From Dicyema japonicum (Eukaryota > Animalia > Dicyemida), in assembly GCA_011109175.1 (NCBI GenBank), contig RDEW01000009.1:1506950-1570949 (forward strand): a DNA stretch of 64,000 nt. The letters are read 5' to 3'. This document shows positions 1 to 12,714 of the stretch, in pieces. A program made the position numbers and the translations under genes. Each line of letters begins with the position of its first letter. Positions within the stretch are counted from its first letter, which is position 1. The notes under the pieces were generated by a model. That model had not been told where the DNA came from and made no database searches. It saw nothing but the letters and a program-made list of their open reading frames with translations.

Positions 1-45
1 CGAAACGAGTGACGGCATTAACCACTACCCCACCTGGTCATTATG
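1..45 (-). mobile_element. tRNA-derived SINE, 5' head only (runs off the window edge)
   Basis: Minus strand reads CCAGGTGGGGTAGTGGTTAATGCC, an A-box-like head that matches the heads of the other copies. Confidence 0.5.
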
Positions 46-49
46 TAAT

Positions 50-345
50 AATAGCAGTCATTCCTTAGAGGAATAGTAATGTTTCCACTATTTAAGCTTC
101 CAATTAGGCTGGTCACCTAATTTATTTTTAAAAAGTTATTTGTGAGACAAGGCCAAGTCGTCAAAAATGTTCTAAATTTTTTCCATTTTTAGTTAGATGC
201 GAGTCCCTAAAGACAACCTCGTTCCGCAGTGAGGTGTCACTCGTTAACCAGAAAGCATTTTTTACCTTTAGCCGAAATGGACAACAGCGAGATTATAACC
301 AGGAAACATCTGAATGGTATGTTTATTGACCCCAGGCTTACAATC
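50..345 (-). mobile_element. tRNA-derived SINE copy with a small core deletion
   Basis: B-box-like GGTTATAATCTCGC on the minus strand; core gagtccc..gacaa..gttccgcagtgagg..gtcactcg; tagtaatgtttccacta shared with the 6085 copy. Confidence 0.6.
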
Positions 346-720
346 TTTGGTAAGCCCAGCTCAGTCACAACTAAATCATCAAAGGAAGGAACCCATGGGT
401 GAACATCTGTATTTGTATACCAAATCATTTTCTAATAGTTCAGTATAGTCTTCCGCTTCAGAAAAGGGTGGAAAATATATCTATTCTCTTCCATTCTCAT
501 CACACGCATTACCGTTGCGGACATCACTTCATTCCTAGGCGGAAGAGATTTCATAATGTAATCTTCACTAGTGGAGTTGGTCGGGGAATGCTATCTATAA
601 CACTGTGTCAGTTGATAAGTAATCAGGATAAAGTATTTTTTTAACTAATAAAATATTAAAATTTAGTAATAATTTGTTTAAAACAAATAAACTTAATATA
701 AAGTTACTTAGCAAAATACT

Positions 721-3700
721 ATGAAACTTGAGGATGCCTACATTCTTTGGGCCAACAGCAAGCTGAGACAGTTCGAAATAACGGTGTTTAAAATCCAAGA
801 ATTGTTTGTTTACGAAACATTCATTAAATTCGTAAATATCTTTGTGGAAGTTCCCCCGGTTGATAAACAGTTTTTATATGCTTTATTTGCAAGGTTTAAA
901 ACGAGTGATGTTGGAAATCAAAAATTCAATTCAGAAAATTAAACGAAGGTAAAAGAAGGTTTTATTTTAGCAAGTTTCTTCCCGACGAATATTCCTGCGA
1001 CATTTCATTGCTGATGAGTGGAGACGAGGAAGAGGTTGTATGATTCAATCAATTCAGGTCCATGAGTTCTTGTGGTGCTTCATTTCCTTCGACATTTTCA
1101 GAATTTCAAAAAACTTTAATATTTGGTTTAAAAGCGAGTCGTACAACTGCGATGACTGGATTGAGGGTGCTCATAAAAGGTTGCTGGAGATCTTATCAGA
1201 ATATACTAAGGTTTGCTTGGAGTCACTAATTCTAGATAAAAAGTGGAAACCGTAATTTTCAGTTGAGGGTAAGCTTGGGCACAATTTAGAATTTTTCTGA
1301 ATTTTGTAACACCAAGACGTTGGAAGGATTCATTAACTCAATAGTCCCTGCTTTGGTCTCCTCTGAGATAATGCCAAATTGCCTGTTTTTCCGTCATCTT
1401 ATGGTTTAGGTGGACTGTTGACTTTCTGTTGTTTCAGCTATGCAAACTGTTTGAACTCAATATTTACTTAACGTTTACGGACTTGGTGTGATTATTGGTG
1501 ATTTCAGAGTAATCCGTACATTTCGACTGTCTACTTCTTTCTGGTCCTTGACTCGGTCGTCAAATTTGAAAATTTCCGTAAAAATCAAGTCAGCCCGGTG
1601 AGATTCCAAACTCAGCACGATAAGAGACTGGGAGAATATTTCCTTTCCAACAACGACTGTGACCCCAATATCGTAAAAAATATGGACAGAGCCATAACAA
1701 ATGTGGATTCTGTCTCATTTGCTAGATTTACGAAACTTTTAGAAATATTTTTGACTGTCGGTTCATCAAAATAAAGTTATCAGATGCGACTGAAGTAGAA
1801 AAGTTGTACCTCTACTTTGACGTGAAGAGTGATGCTCACGTTTAGGCCAACATTGGGGAGAACGTTTACTCTTTCTACGTCAAACCAGAGAACGAACGAC
1901 TAAAATTCGACAAAAGCTTCATTTTCGAAGAAAAGACCACGAACAAGGTGCTCACGTGGAGACACGAAAAATTCTTTAGTAAATTGAAATTTTAATTTCG
2001 CAGATTTGAGTTTACAACCGATCGGGAAGGTCTCCAAGAAATATAACGTGGTGGTTGTTTGAATTGAAGGTTTTTAAAATTATGAGAAAGAAAAACTATG
2101 TGGTAAATGTGGGGGAAGAAATTATTGGACAAATTTTTCCCGTTTCGGGGGATTATTTTGAGTTCTTTTTAACAAAATCAATCTTCAAAAAAGACGCGAC
2201 AGTCGTAAGGTTTCTTAGAAATGTCTTTTCACGTGACTTCAAAGAACTTTGCAACAAAAAGGGCAGCGACTCTCCACTTTTCGTTTCCGTGATCAACGGA
2301 TCCAAAGTTCTGGTGATGACTGACAGTAAGAACATTACAAAAGAATTACTGATCGGGGGAGCCTCCGTCGATGTGAAAGATGATAATGAGAATACCCCCT
2401 TCACCGTGCCTTGATGACTAAGCAGTATGGAATCGCCCAAGTACTTGGTCCTAATTTTCTGTAGATTTTAATCGAATGGGGGGCTTCTTTGGACTCCCTC
2501 AACTCCGACAAGAAGAATCCACTGGATTTTTGTCTCCCCTCAGTCGTGGCAAACAGTGAATTTTGTCATATTTTAGAAAAATTATATGAAAAGTCGGGTT
2601 TGGATGTTTCCAAATTGTCGTCGTCGAAGTTGTTGTCGGATTTTATTAACCTCAAATTAATTTCAAACATAAACACGAGGTTGTAGCGAATTCTGGCATT
2701 AATAGAATATCAGGGATCACAACCTTACTCCATCAGAGTGTGATTATCGACTCGGCAACTTGTTTGGTGGAGTTACTCAAACTTGGAGGAGACATCGACG
2801 TGACTGATAAAGACGGCAAGGGACTCCTCTGTTTCGTCAATTCAATCTACGTTTTGATGGTGATTTGTGTGCTATAAACGTAAGGTAATCCTCGAAAATG
2901 AAGTCAAACTCGATAAAACAGATCTTGACGGGAACACGGCCTTGCATTGGAATGCTAGAAGAAGTGAAGAGACTATTCCTACAATCATAGATCACCTAAT
3001 TCAGGCAGGTCTCAATGTTGTGGCACGGAATAATGAGGTTTCCGGTATTTGCAGATTCAGTCCTTGTTGCCCTTTCATTTGGCGGCCTTAAATGGACGAG
3101 TCGACGTGTGCCAGTCGTTTCTCATCCGTGATGAGGTCCTCATAAAGACCGCCATATTAAAAGAGGGACAAGGCTATCCTCAGAGTCCAATATTCTATTC
3201 CCTTCTGAACGGGCACGTGGAATGTGCAAAATTGTAGGCAAATAGATTTACTTCAGTCTGCAGAAAAGTGGATTTTACTTCAAAAATGACGAATTGAGGA
3301 TTTTGATGAATATGACTGCGGCGAACGAGATTAAGGGGTGGTGAAGTTAAATAAAGTTCAGGGAGAATATTTACGATGTCATGAAATATTTGCTGGAAGA
3401 GGGAGTCGATCCTAACTCGTGCGTGGTGAATACAAACAATACGTAAATTATTTGGTCTCAAATGAAGGGCTCTTCATTACTCAGCAGCGCTGTTTGGTGA
3501 GGGGGATGTTATTCGACTTCTCTTAAAGCACGGAGCAGATTATACACTGCAGAATGTTAACGGAGAGACTCCATTGGCTGTCGCAGTGAAGTTTGGTGCA
3601 GTCAATGCCGCTCGAATTCTCATGGATGCTGTAATTTTAAGTGGACTAAAACCAGGTTGGTTCAAATATTGAGCTTTATTGAAGATTATCGGGTTTTTGA

Positions 3701-3866
3701 GAAAGTCGGAGAGATCAAAGACTGGGTTTCCTCGCGATTGTTTTCAAATGATGAAATTAAAATGATTAAATGTTGGCCAATTAATATTATTTCAGATATG
3801 TACATGTCTTCGAAAGTAAAGAAAATAGCATTCATTGAAGAAAAGCTAAATAAAGCAATCAACTAA
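721..3866 (+). CDS. Multi-exon ankyrin-repeat protein, possible N-terminal calponin-homology-like domain
   Basis: Ankyrin motifs (GNTALHWNAR, PFHLAALNGRVDVCQSFL, SPIFYSLLNGHVECAK, GETPLAVAV) joined by ~17-34 nt GT-AG introns; N-terminus YILWANSKL...DISLLMSGD..VHEFLWCFI is CH-like. Confidence 0.7.
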
Positions 3867-3952
3867 TACATATTTTATTTTATTTAATAAATAATATAAA
3901 TTTTTGCTTTTAATAGGCATGCGCATTCTGGCTGAATCTAACGTCTGATGAC

Positions 3953-4860
3953 TAGGGGTGATAAAGTTAATAAAGTTCTGTTTTTTCATTATTTTTAAAC
4001 GTTCTTCCTATATATTTAAAAAAATTATAAAGTTAAAAAAATAAATTGTAAGGTTAATTTTTTTAACTTTATTTTTTAGTTATTTCAACAAATTATTATT
4101 TTACTATTAAATAAATATTTAACAGCATGTAGTTTACACGTTTTTTTGTATGCCACGTATTTCTAGGTCTCCTCTGACTAAAGCAACATTAATTGTTAAC
4201 GAATTTCCAAGAGAATTTCAATTACATAATAACCATGAGTTATTTTGTAAACTATGCTTAACGACAGTGAAGTGCTCAAAAATTACTTTGTTTCCCTTCA
4301 CAGGTCGTCCAAGAAACATAAATTTCCGTTGGATTTTTCGATGATATAGATAGATCGTTTGACAACATTAAACCAACAAAAATTAAATGAATCTGAAGTT
4401 GGAAACTGGGATTTGAAGGGGACTAAGGCTCTTCTGAAATGCGACATTCCGCTTAACAAATTATCAATGCCTTTGTTTATTGATCTTTTCAAATGCAACC
4501 AAATTCCCCTTCCTTCGCAATCGCAAGCAAGGAACTGTGCCAAGTATATTACAAATGAATATATATCTTCGTTCAGGGGCATATTCAAGTATTTCATCAA
4601 ATTTTATTTTCTAGAGAACAAAATTTTTGCGATAACGATGAAACTCAAATCCTAAACAAACGATATGTCGTGGTTTTGATGGGATCAATCAAACTGCCTA
4701 AAATTTCTTATTTGATCTCATTCAAGCCAATTGAGTCTGCACCTACAAAAAATATTATAGTTTCTATTTCAAACGTGTTCTTTGCTTAGAAAAACTAAAT
4801 AGCTACATTGTCAAAACCTCTCTCTATAAACTAACATTGATGTGCTTTAAGTCAGAAAAT
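3953..4860 (+). mobile_element. Degenerate hAT-like transposon (CGGBP1-like N-terminal zinc finger)
   Basis: TAGGGG terminus at 3953; frameshifted ELFCKLCLTTVKC and ALLKCDIPLNKLS..LFK..QIPLPS; similar to the 15172 element. Confidence 0.55.
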
Positions 4861-4912
4861 ATCTTAAATTGATTTTATTTAAATCATACTCAAACACAGT
4901 CTATCGACTGAA

Positions 4913-5141
4913 ATGGTAAGGAATAAAGACAATGGAGTTTAGAATCTAACAAATAAATCATCTGGTCGAGTTTTTATCGTCGTTAGAATCCATGGCTGAT
5001 TCTAGTCCTCCAACTGCTGTACCGACAACCAATTCCTTCCCCACATCCGAAAACAGATCCTTCATTTTCACAAAATATGGTTGGATTCGTCTGAAGAACC
5101 TTGCGAAAGACCCATATCTCTTTTCTTCACGAATACCATAA
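4913..5141 (+). CDS. Possible ~60-aa orphan gene with two tiny introns
   Basis: ATG|gtaag...tttag (27 nt) and gtcgag...cgttag (22 nt) splice into one frame ending SRIP*; no recognised homology. Confidence 0.3.
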
Positions 5142-5329
5142 CTCTCAACCCTTGTCTTTAACATAATATATCAGTCTACCAAGTAATATACGCATATTAT
5201 CAGTAATAATCGCATTTACTACAACTGGAATTAACTATCTTAAATACTAAATGGCGTCAATTGGCAGTAATTATAACATATGCTCTTATAATCACTAATT
5301 TATGATTATTATTTTATGAGTAGTCGATG

Positions 5330-5900
5330 GAAATAATATTGATATCTCGGTGTCATCAAAAATCCACTACCAAACAACTATTTGGGAGTTGTTTGTAAAG
5401 GAAAAAGGATATGCTGGTTACAATTGTTGTCAGTTTACTCTGAGAGCAGGTGACCTAAATACCTTTCTAACTACCACAAGGTCCTCTTCTTTTCCCCTTG
5501 GAAATTCTTCAATTTCTTCACCACACAAGATTCTTCAATTGATCTCTGAGAGTGTTTACTTTGACATTTTTCTGTTAGCCAACTTATTATGAGGATAAGA
5601 TCGACTTGCCGCTATTGGTGACTGTAAGACACAAAAACCCAGCTAACTACGTTCTCAACTACCTGACAGCTGTGGGAATTATATTTCGTCTACTTTGCAT
5701 GTTATAGCTGTTCTCAGTAACCCCAAACACATGTAAAGCTCAATTCTGCAAAAACATCCCAATATCGGCAAATTTTATGCTAGTACTCCATTTATGGATT
5801 AACGCATACCATGGGATGTTTCGCATGGTTGCCTGAGTGAGACAATGTGTATCTCAAACTTTCAATCTACGGTATTACACTATATTTCTAAAAATCTCGA
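5330..5900 (-). mobile_element. RTE-clade LINE fragment (RT C-terminal region)
   Basis: Broken frames resembling the RTE RRI.G...IR....V...I...RLRW.GH region. Confidence 0.4.
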
Positions 5901-6084
5901 ATACTTGACAGTTACAGAGAAAATAATTAAAGTTAATGAAATTTAGAGAAAATAGTAGTTAAGTGATAATAATTATTCATCAACCGTATAATTTTTATAA
6001 GAAATGTTAACTTACCAATCTAATAATATTCACCATTCAACTGTTGTCATTTTTCTTGGTCTACAGTTGGTTGTATTTTCTGAT

Positions 6085-6372
6085 ATTAATAGCCCTTTCT
6101 TAAGGCGTAGTAATGTTTCCACTAATAAACTTCTTTTTAGGTAAGAGGCACACTTTCTTTTAAGAAGGAACAGTTGTGGTAGTTAATCATGGAAGGGGGT
6201 CAAGACACCACTTTTTTCTTTTTTGATTTTGTGCTAGTCCCTGTAGACAATCCGGTTCCCCAGTTGGATATCACTAATTACGGTGTCACTCGTGTTCAGT
6301 ATGAATGGGAAACAGGGAATCGGGAATCATTTATTTCTTCACTTATGACACTGCACCATTCAGGTGAAAATT
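6085..6372 (-). mobile_element. tRNA-derived SINE copy
   Basis: Minus strand: TGGTGCAGTGTCATAAG (A-box) and GATTCCCGATTCCC (B-box), then the core and a 3' part alignable to the 61652 copy. Confidence 0.65.
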
Positions 6373-6526
6373 CATTTATCAATCAAAGATATACCTGACT
6401 TGCAATTGAAGGCTTTCAGGAATTCATTTAATATAAATTTCTTTATCTGTAAAGGACCTGTTAACAGCTGTACTTAAACTAAACGTTGTGACTTATATTT
6501 TTTTAATTTTATTTAACACCCAAGAC

Positions 6527-6829
6527 TCATGGAAGCTAAGATCCGTAGTCGTGGCTCCGGATTTCTTCGCGTCTGTGAAGAAGATGGAAATCCGCTTCGC
6601 CTGATCCTTCCCATGGCAAGAGAAAACCGATTGGATAAGAAATTCCCCTCCCCGATCGGATTCCTCTGCAAGACCGAGAGAAGGCTCTTCCGGAAAGTAG
6701 TGGGGACGATAGAAGATCACAGACGTCGAATGGCACAAGTGATTGTGAGGACTGGGATCACCTAACTGTTTGACTCTTTTGTCTTTCTTTCTCGGTGTTC
6801 CCGGGGTTATTAAAATAAATAAATAAATA
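6527..6829 (+). mobile_element. 5'-truncated LINE family B (GIT* group) with (TAAA)n tail and 12-bp TSD
   Basis: ORF ends TIEDHRRRMAQVIVRTGIT*; 3' UTR cggtgttcccggggttatt; TSD aacacccaagac at 6515-6526 and 6830-6841. Confidence 0.85.
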
Positions 6830-7860
6830 AACACCCAAGACCACGGTAAAACCAAAACTAACTATCACGTAATCCCGATGCGCTCCGCCAAAATCCTCAT
6901 TCTTTCCCGGTGCTCCTCTCTCGTACCCACACAAGCTCGTACAGGGCGGCTGACTGTATTTGCAGGGCCACCTTCCCGCATGCCGGAGTTTTGTTTAATG
7001 AGGGCCTCCAGAGTAGTCGGTCCGGTTCTGTGTTTCCCACAAGACCAACGCTCCGTCATTCTGAAAGCCTTCTTCTGAACGTCCTCAATTTTCTTAGTGT
7101 TCGTCCATGATAATGAAGGTCCCCACGAAGCACACGCGTACGAGAAGCATGGCTCGATGTATTGCTCGTAAATGTTCATCAAGACAGGGTGGGTACCTGT
7201 CTTCCATATTCCAGATAAACATTTTAATACATTGATCCTCTTCTCGCACTTCAGAACAATGTTTGCCACGTGTGGTGACAAACATAAGTGTATATCCAGT
7301 GTCACGCCCAGGATCTTCTGACATTTGGTGAAGGGGATTTCAATGTTGTCCAATTTTAACTTGGCAGTCATCTTCCCCAACCTTTTGTCCGAAGTAAAAA
7401 TAGACGTGACCGACTTTCTGGAATTTATCGTGAGTCGGTTCTTCATTACCCAGGCGTTGAGTCGGTCCAGGTTTATTTGTAATCTTTCTGTAGCATTTTT
7501 GATATCCCGATCACGCGAGGCCAAAACAATGTCGTCCGCATATGTGAGTAGAACATCGTTATTGGATTCCGATGTCGGGAGGTCTTCCAGGTATAAATTG
7601 AATAAGGCGGGGGATAAAGGAGATCCTTGGGGGACACCGTTTGGGAGAAGACGTGAGACTGATTTCAGTCCTCCGAGGCATACACGTCCCCTTCGTCCAC
7701 TTAAGAAATTTGTTATCCAAAGTTTAAGCTTTCCCGGGATCTCGGACTGGAAAATTTTCTTTGATAATATTTTTCTCGAAATAGAATCAAAGGCCTTGTT
7801 AATATCAATGGAACATAAGACTGTCTTCAAATGCCTTGGTTTGTTTGAAACATATAGGTT
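6830..7860 (-). mobile_element. 5'-truncated LINE family A (RT domains to C-terminus)
   Basis: 321-aa ORF with DINKAFDS, GVPQGSPLSP, YADD, LGVTLD, YACASWG, ending ERIGIT*. Confidence 0.9.
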
Positions 7861-7924
7861 CTTTAATATAAGCTAGAGTCCATAATTCGACCATATTTAT
7901 GAGAAGAATGAGACAGGAAGATTG

Positions 7925-7995
7925 ATCTGTCAGGAAACAAGTAGATATTCGGTGAAGCACGTCGTCACCTCACTTTACCAGGGACTAACCACTTA
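7925..7995 (+). mobile_element. Degenerate SINE core remnant
   Basis: gtcgtcacctcact..cagggact matches the SINE core with deletions. Confidence 0.35.
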
Positions 7996-8009
7996 GCTCA
8001 CTGGTCAGC

Positions 8010-8240
8010 ATATTTTATTTTATTGACATAGCACCGACACAGTAATCAAACTAGTTAGGCTATCCTAGTTACCCTTATCGCATTTTCCATTTTCTTCCTG
8101 TGTTCGTCGATGGCCCCCAACGCTTCCTTAGGATGTCTGCGAAGTAATAAAATGATGTGGGACTATTTTCCAATTGTGACATTAGTTTTTCTGGCTTTTA
8201 AAAGAACCCAAGGGATACGCAGCCATTATGTCCCATCGAC
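8010..8240 (-). mobile_element. LINE family B-like 3' end
   Basis: Minus frame ALGAIDEHRKKMENAIRVTRIA* followed by an A-rich tail. Confidence 0.6.
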
Positions 8241-8299
8241 GACTCTGACAGGAGAGTGTCAATGGTAGGGTTCATTCGAAGGCGTAAAAAGTTTATACT

Positions 8300-9640
8300 T
8301 CTCGTGTAATGAAATGCTATCAAAATATGTTTTCAATTATTTTTGTACTTGACAATATTCATACAGCATTTCTTTAAAAAATATTTATTATATTACATTC
8401 ATATTTCTTTAGGTTCTCAGCATTTTCTGATGATTAACCTGGGTCAGTTGCTGACATATCAAGGTTGGAGGGAGAGAAACCCCCCACACAAGTAGTATCC
8501 CGAGCAAGATATTTCCAACTTTCCCACGGAAAAAGAGTGGCCAATTTTTCATAAGTACAATCCTATGAGCTCCAACTGTATAGGGAATCCGGTGGTTTCT
8601 AGAGGACGCAATGACCTCATTGATGCCTCTATGTCTTTAACTCTTTCCCGCGCTGCTCCTCTCCTGCACGAGAGGGCTTGAAGGGCATTAACGTCAATCA
8701 AAATAATACAGCTGATAGGATGGACCCTAGGCAACTGCCAGAGAAATCCTTTGGAACAACCATTCGGTTTCCCGACGCTCATTACTAACTTTCGAAATCA
8801 TTGACCCAAGTGATCTTAGATAAGAGACCGTGTAGGACCCGAAGACTCCACTCTTCTCGACAACAACGAGCTGTATATGGAATCTTGTGGAGAGGCTGTT
8901 GTATTTTTATCTTCAAATTCTCGAAAGTCCGAGCAGCCTCCCCAGCTTAAAACCAGGAACAAGTAAGTCTCGACAGGGAAAAGGTGTCCATCAAGCATTT
9001 CCCCTGAGAGAAGGGGAAGACAGTTACCCGTCTGGTCGCTTTCCATTTTCACGATTCAGGCCCACCGGTTCGAGAGACGACGGGAATTTAGCTGCCTCAA
9101 GAGAGCGCTTCACAACCCCGTTGATGGCTACATGCTTCGAGAACCGGCCTCTGATGAGACGGCAAGAGAACGGGTGAAGTACTTTGTAGTTTACAACAGA
9201 TCCACAACGGCATGGATGAGGCTGGCAATGGTCGATCTCGAAACGGATAGATACCCCATTCTGGATGGCGTCCTGTTCCAGAATGGAACTAATTGACCAT
9301 GATGAAACGCGTTCAGCCTAGCATCGCTGTGAGGGGAAGAGGCTGCCAGAATGCAAGCCTTAGGGTGCAAGTCTTCCGTTTCCATAAGGGTCGAATGAGT
9401 ATTTTTGTACAGAATGTTGGTCCAGTTCCTCAGTAGCTGTATATCAATAGGGGTTTCTCCAAAAGCCGCCGACCAGCTCTTCAACCCATTAGTAATTTTG
9501 TTTTCCAGAGCCGACTTGCAGAAATCTGGAAGAATGGTCCAGATGGGAAACGTGTTCCATGATAAAGAGGACATAAAGAGATGGTAAGGAAATGTCCACA
9601 ACAGAAGTTAAGCCGATGTCCCCAATTCTGACGGGTAAGA
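8300..9640 (-). mobile_element. CRE-like non-LTR retrotransposon fragment (restriction-like endonuclease region)
   Basis: Broken frames ARLNA, ALSCRRGAAR, TLFPWESWKYLARDTTC resemble the CRE/RLE C-terminus. Confidence 0.55.
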
Positions 9641-10029
9641 AAGCTTGTTCAATCAAATTTTATCGAAATTTATATTCACAATTTATTCAATAGTCTTGAG
9701 GATAAAAATGTTGAAATTCTCCAGCTTTCCGGAAAGAGGTAGAAAGGAGAGGAACGTGCCAAAAACATGAGTTTTAAAGGATCTATTGAAAAAATATTGC
9801 ACCACTTAAAAAAATAATTCTTGTTGGGTGCAAGGGGTCAATAATTCGAGAAGGAGACATATGGTGTCTCGTTATACCAGACCCCATTAGCACACAAAAC
9901 GAGTTTGCTATGTTAATAAAATCTATTTATCTAGCGCAAGTTTGGTCAAATTATATTTATTAATTTTATAAAATAAATTTAAAAAAGATTTTTTTCCACT
10001 CGGGTAACGCGTAGCGCTCGAGATTGTAT

Positions 10030-10270
10030 GTCTGTTTTATCAAGTACGGAAACAAACTGTGGTGGCTTACTACTGACTGATTTAATCGAGGAAAATACAC
10101 GATCCAATATAGGAAATTTTGCTCCAGGGCTGCATGAATCACTTGGGGTTAGTGGTGGACCACAACGTACTTTACCTGACCTTCTACATCAACTGAGGAC
10201 AGTGATCGCCAGTGTTTGTCACAAAGACAAGTGCCAGTGGACGTGTGAATTTAACCGTTATTCCAAAGCA
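10030..10270 (-). mobile_element. Possible LTR-retrotransposon integrase zinc-binding remnant
   Basis: HH*PQVIHAALEQNFLYWIVYFPRLNQSV resembles the H2C2 region; very degenerate. Confidence 0.25.
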
Positions 10271-10292
10271 TTTCTGAGCATCATAGTAAATA

Positions 10293-10620
10293 ATAACACC
10301 AGAGACCATGGTTACACAAACTAACTAATCACGTGATCCCAGCACACTCTAACAGGGACCTCATATTGGCCCGATGTTCCTCCCTCGACTCCACACAAGC
10401 ACGTATAGTGACTGGATATTCGCATTCGCGACGGCGCATTCCATGGTTCAATCGTATCATGCCTTCAAGAGGCATTGGTGCCTGGAACATTCCAGAAATC
10501 AAGCATTCCGTGATTTTGAAGGCTCTTTTTTGGCAAGCCTGGATCTTAAAGACATTTGTCAAGAGTTGAATGGGTCCCATATACCACATGCGTAAGAGAT
10601 GCATGCTTCAATGTATTGTT
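10293..10620 (-). mobile_element. LINE family A 3' fragment
   Basis: ORF ends CVESREEHRANMRSLLECAGIT*; 3' UTR ttagttagtttgtgtaaccatggtctctggtgtt. Confidence 0.85.
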
Positions 10621-10738
10621 TGTATATAGTGCTCAAAACAGTATGAAGCCTGTTAGACATTTCTTAACATTAGTTTTTTTTATAATTATTATTTACTAAT
10701 TAGTAGTTTGGGAAGAAAATTCCTTATTGCTACCAATA

Positions 10739-12213
10739 TTATTATTATTATTTAATAACCCCGAAAAGGGAACACCAAGAAAGAAGGAGTAATCCAACTA
10801 ATTAAGTGATCCCGGTACGCCTCAACAGGATCGAGAGGTTTTTCCTGTGTTCTTCCAGAGTACCCACGGCTTTCCTGAATAAACGACGATCATCTTTCAT
10901 TAGGGTTTGAAGAGGAGTGGGGTTTTTCCCCAAATTTCGTGTATTTGAAGCCTTCAGCCTTGAATGGAAGAAACGACTTGTTTCTTGGCCACACAGACAG
11001 ATGAAGCCGGAGCCATTATTTTTGATTGCGGCGTGGTCAAGCATTGGAGGGAAAAGATCGGGGGTAGATTTGTTTGACGTGCTAGTTTTCCAATTAGGGT
11101 ATTGATCTTGAGTGAATTTGATATCGAAGCTCCATAGGCCCATGAGGCACAGGCGTACTCAATCGTCGGTTTTAGGAGTTGATTGAACACGACGAGGGCG
11201 CATTCCTGTGAAGGTTTGGACTTCAAGAGCGGTTTGATAATATTAAGTTTCCTGAGACCCTTTGTCATAACGTTCTTCACATGTTGAGAAAATGACATCA
11301 AAGGGTCAAATGTCACTCCCAGGATAGTTGGACGAGTCTGTAGTGGTAAGGAGTCTCCAAAAATGTTCAAATCAAGTGTATGTTTTTCTTTTCTGTCCGT
11401 GGTGAAAATTGTATATGTTGATTTGTCCCTGGATACGGAGAGACGATTCATCTTCAACCAGGCTCCCAGGTCGTCAATATGTGACTGGAGCTCTGATTTT
11501 GCTGTACCCACGTATTTGTTCCTGCTAGCGATGATTAGGTCGTCAGCATAAGTGAGAAGCATTGAATCTGGTCCTCCAGGGCAGGGTAAATCGTTGAGGA
11601 ACAAGTTGAATAATGCCGGAGAGAGGGGCGATCCTTGAGGGACGCCATTTGGTAGGAGACGGGACCTCGATCTTGCGTGGCCTATACAGACACGTCCTCT
11701 TCTTCCGGAGAGAAAATTGGCTATCCATCTTTTCAAATCCGTCTGAATGGTGGTGTCAAAAACCTTCTTCGTGAGTAATATTCTCGAGACAGAATCGAAC
11801 GCCTTCTGGATATCCAGGGAAACCATTATTGTCCGTAGATGGCGTTTCGGTACGTTGAACCCTTCTGATATAAATTGAGACAGTGAAGTCAAATGTGTCG
11901 TAGTTGAACGCTCACATTTGAAACCATGTTGAAAGTGGCAGTCGGGCAAATGGGGTTTAATTTTCCAGAGTACGAGTTTCTCCATTAGGCGCGATAATGC
12001 GCACGTTAATGAAATTGGACGGTAGGAAGAAGGTAAGGTTTTCGGTTTTCCTGGTTTAAGGATCTATTATAAGTGAGTTTTCCATTTGCATGGGATGACG
12101 TTCATGTTAGAAGACAAATTAAAAATTGACGTAATTGAATTGATTGCAGCATTACCAAGGTGTTTTAACAAAATTCCGGGATGTCGTCAGGTCCACACGT
12201 AAAAGATCTCTTC
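10739..12213 (-). mobile_element. 5'-truncated LINE family B with (TAA)n tail and 13-bp TSD
   Basis: 343-aa RT ORF (DIQKAFDS, GVPQGSPLSP, YADD); C-terminal frame ends LLRRTGIT*; attgctaccaata at 10726-10738 and 12214-12226. Confidence 0.9.
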
Positions 12214-12714
12214 ATTGCTACCAATAGTACGTCGAATTCGGTGTTCTTATGTCTCTACATAAATTCTGTGAAATAGCCGATTTTTGGCCGGTCCCGAGAG
12301 GCAATTTAAATGTTAAATAATCTATTCTAGTTAACTCACAATCTAAACTTCTAAATTTTTGATTTAAACAAGCGATTCGAGAGTTTTGACTATATCTACC
12401 TTTTTAAACAATGTGGCGACGAAAGCACATTTTGGAAATGTGTACGCTATTATATAATTAAATGTCAGCCAAATTACACACTAAGGGAACATCATCTTTA
12501 AAAGATTCAATGAACACAATCATGCTGATGCTACTTATGTTGAATCTATGAGAATTACTAACGAGTAGGGCAACCGCAAAAGGCAAATTTTGTTCAAAAA
12601 GTAGGAAATAATTTTCTGAAAAAATAGCAAAAAAGCATTTTTGTATTTTTACATAAAAATTTAAACAAAATTAAAAAGTCTATAAAAATTGTTTGTAATA
12701 GAATAAATCAAATG

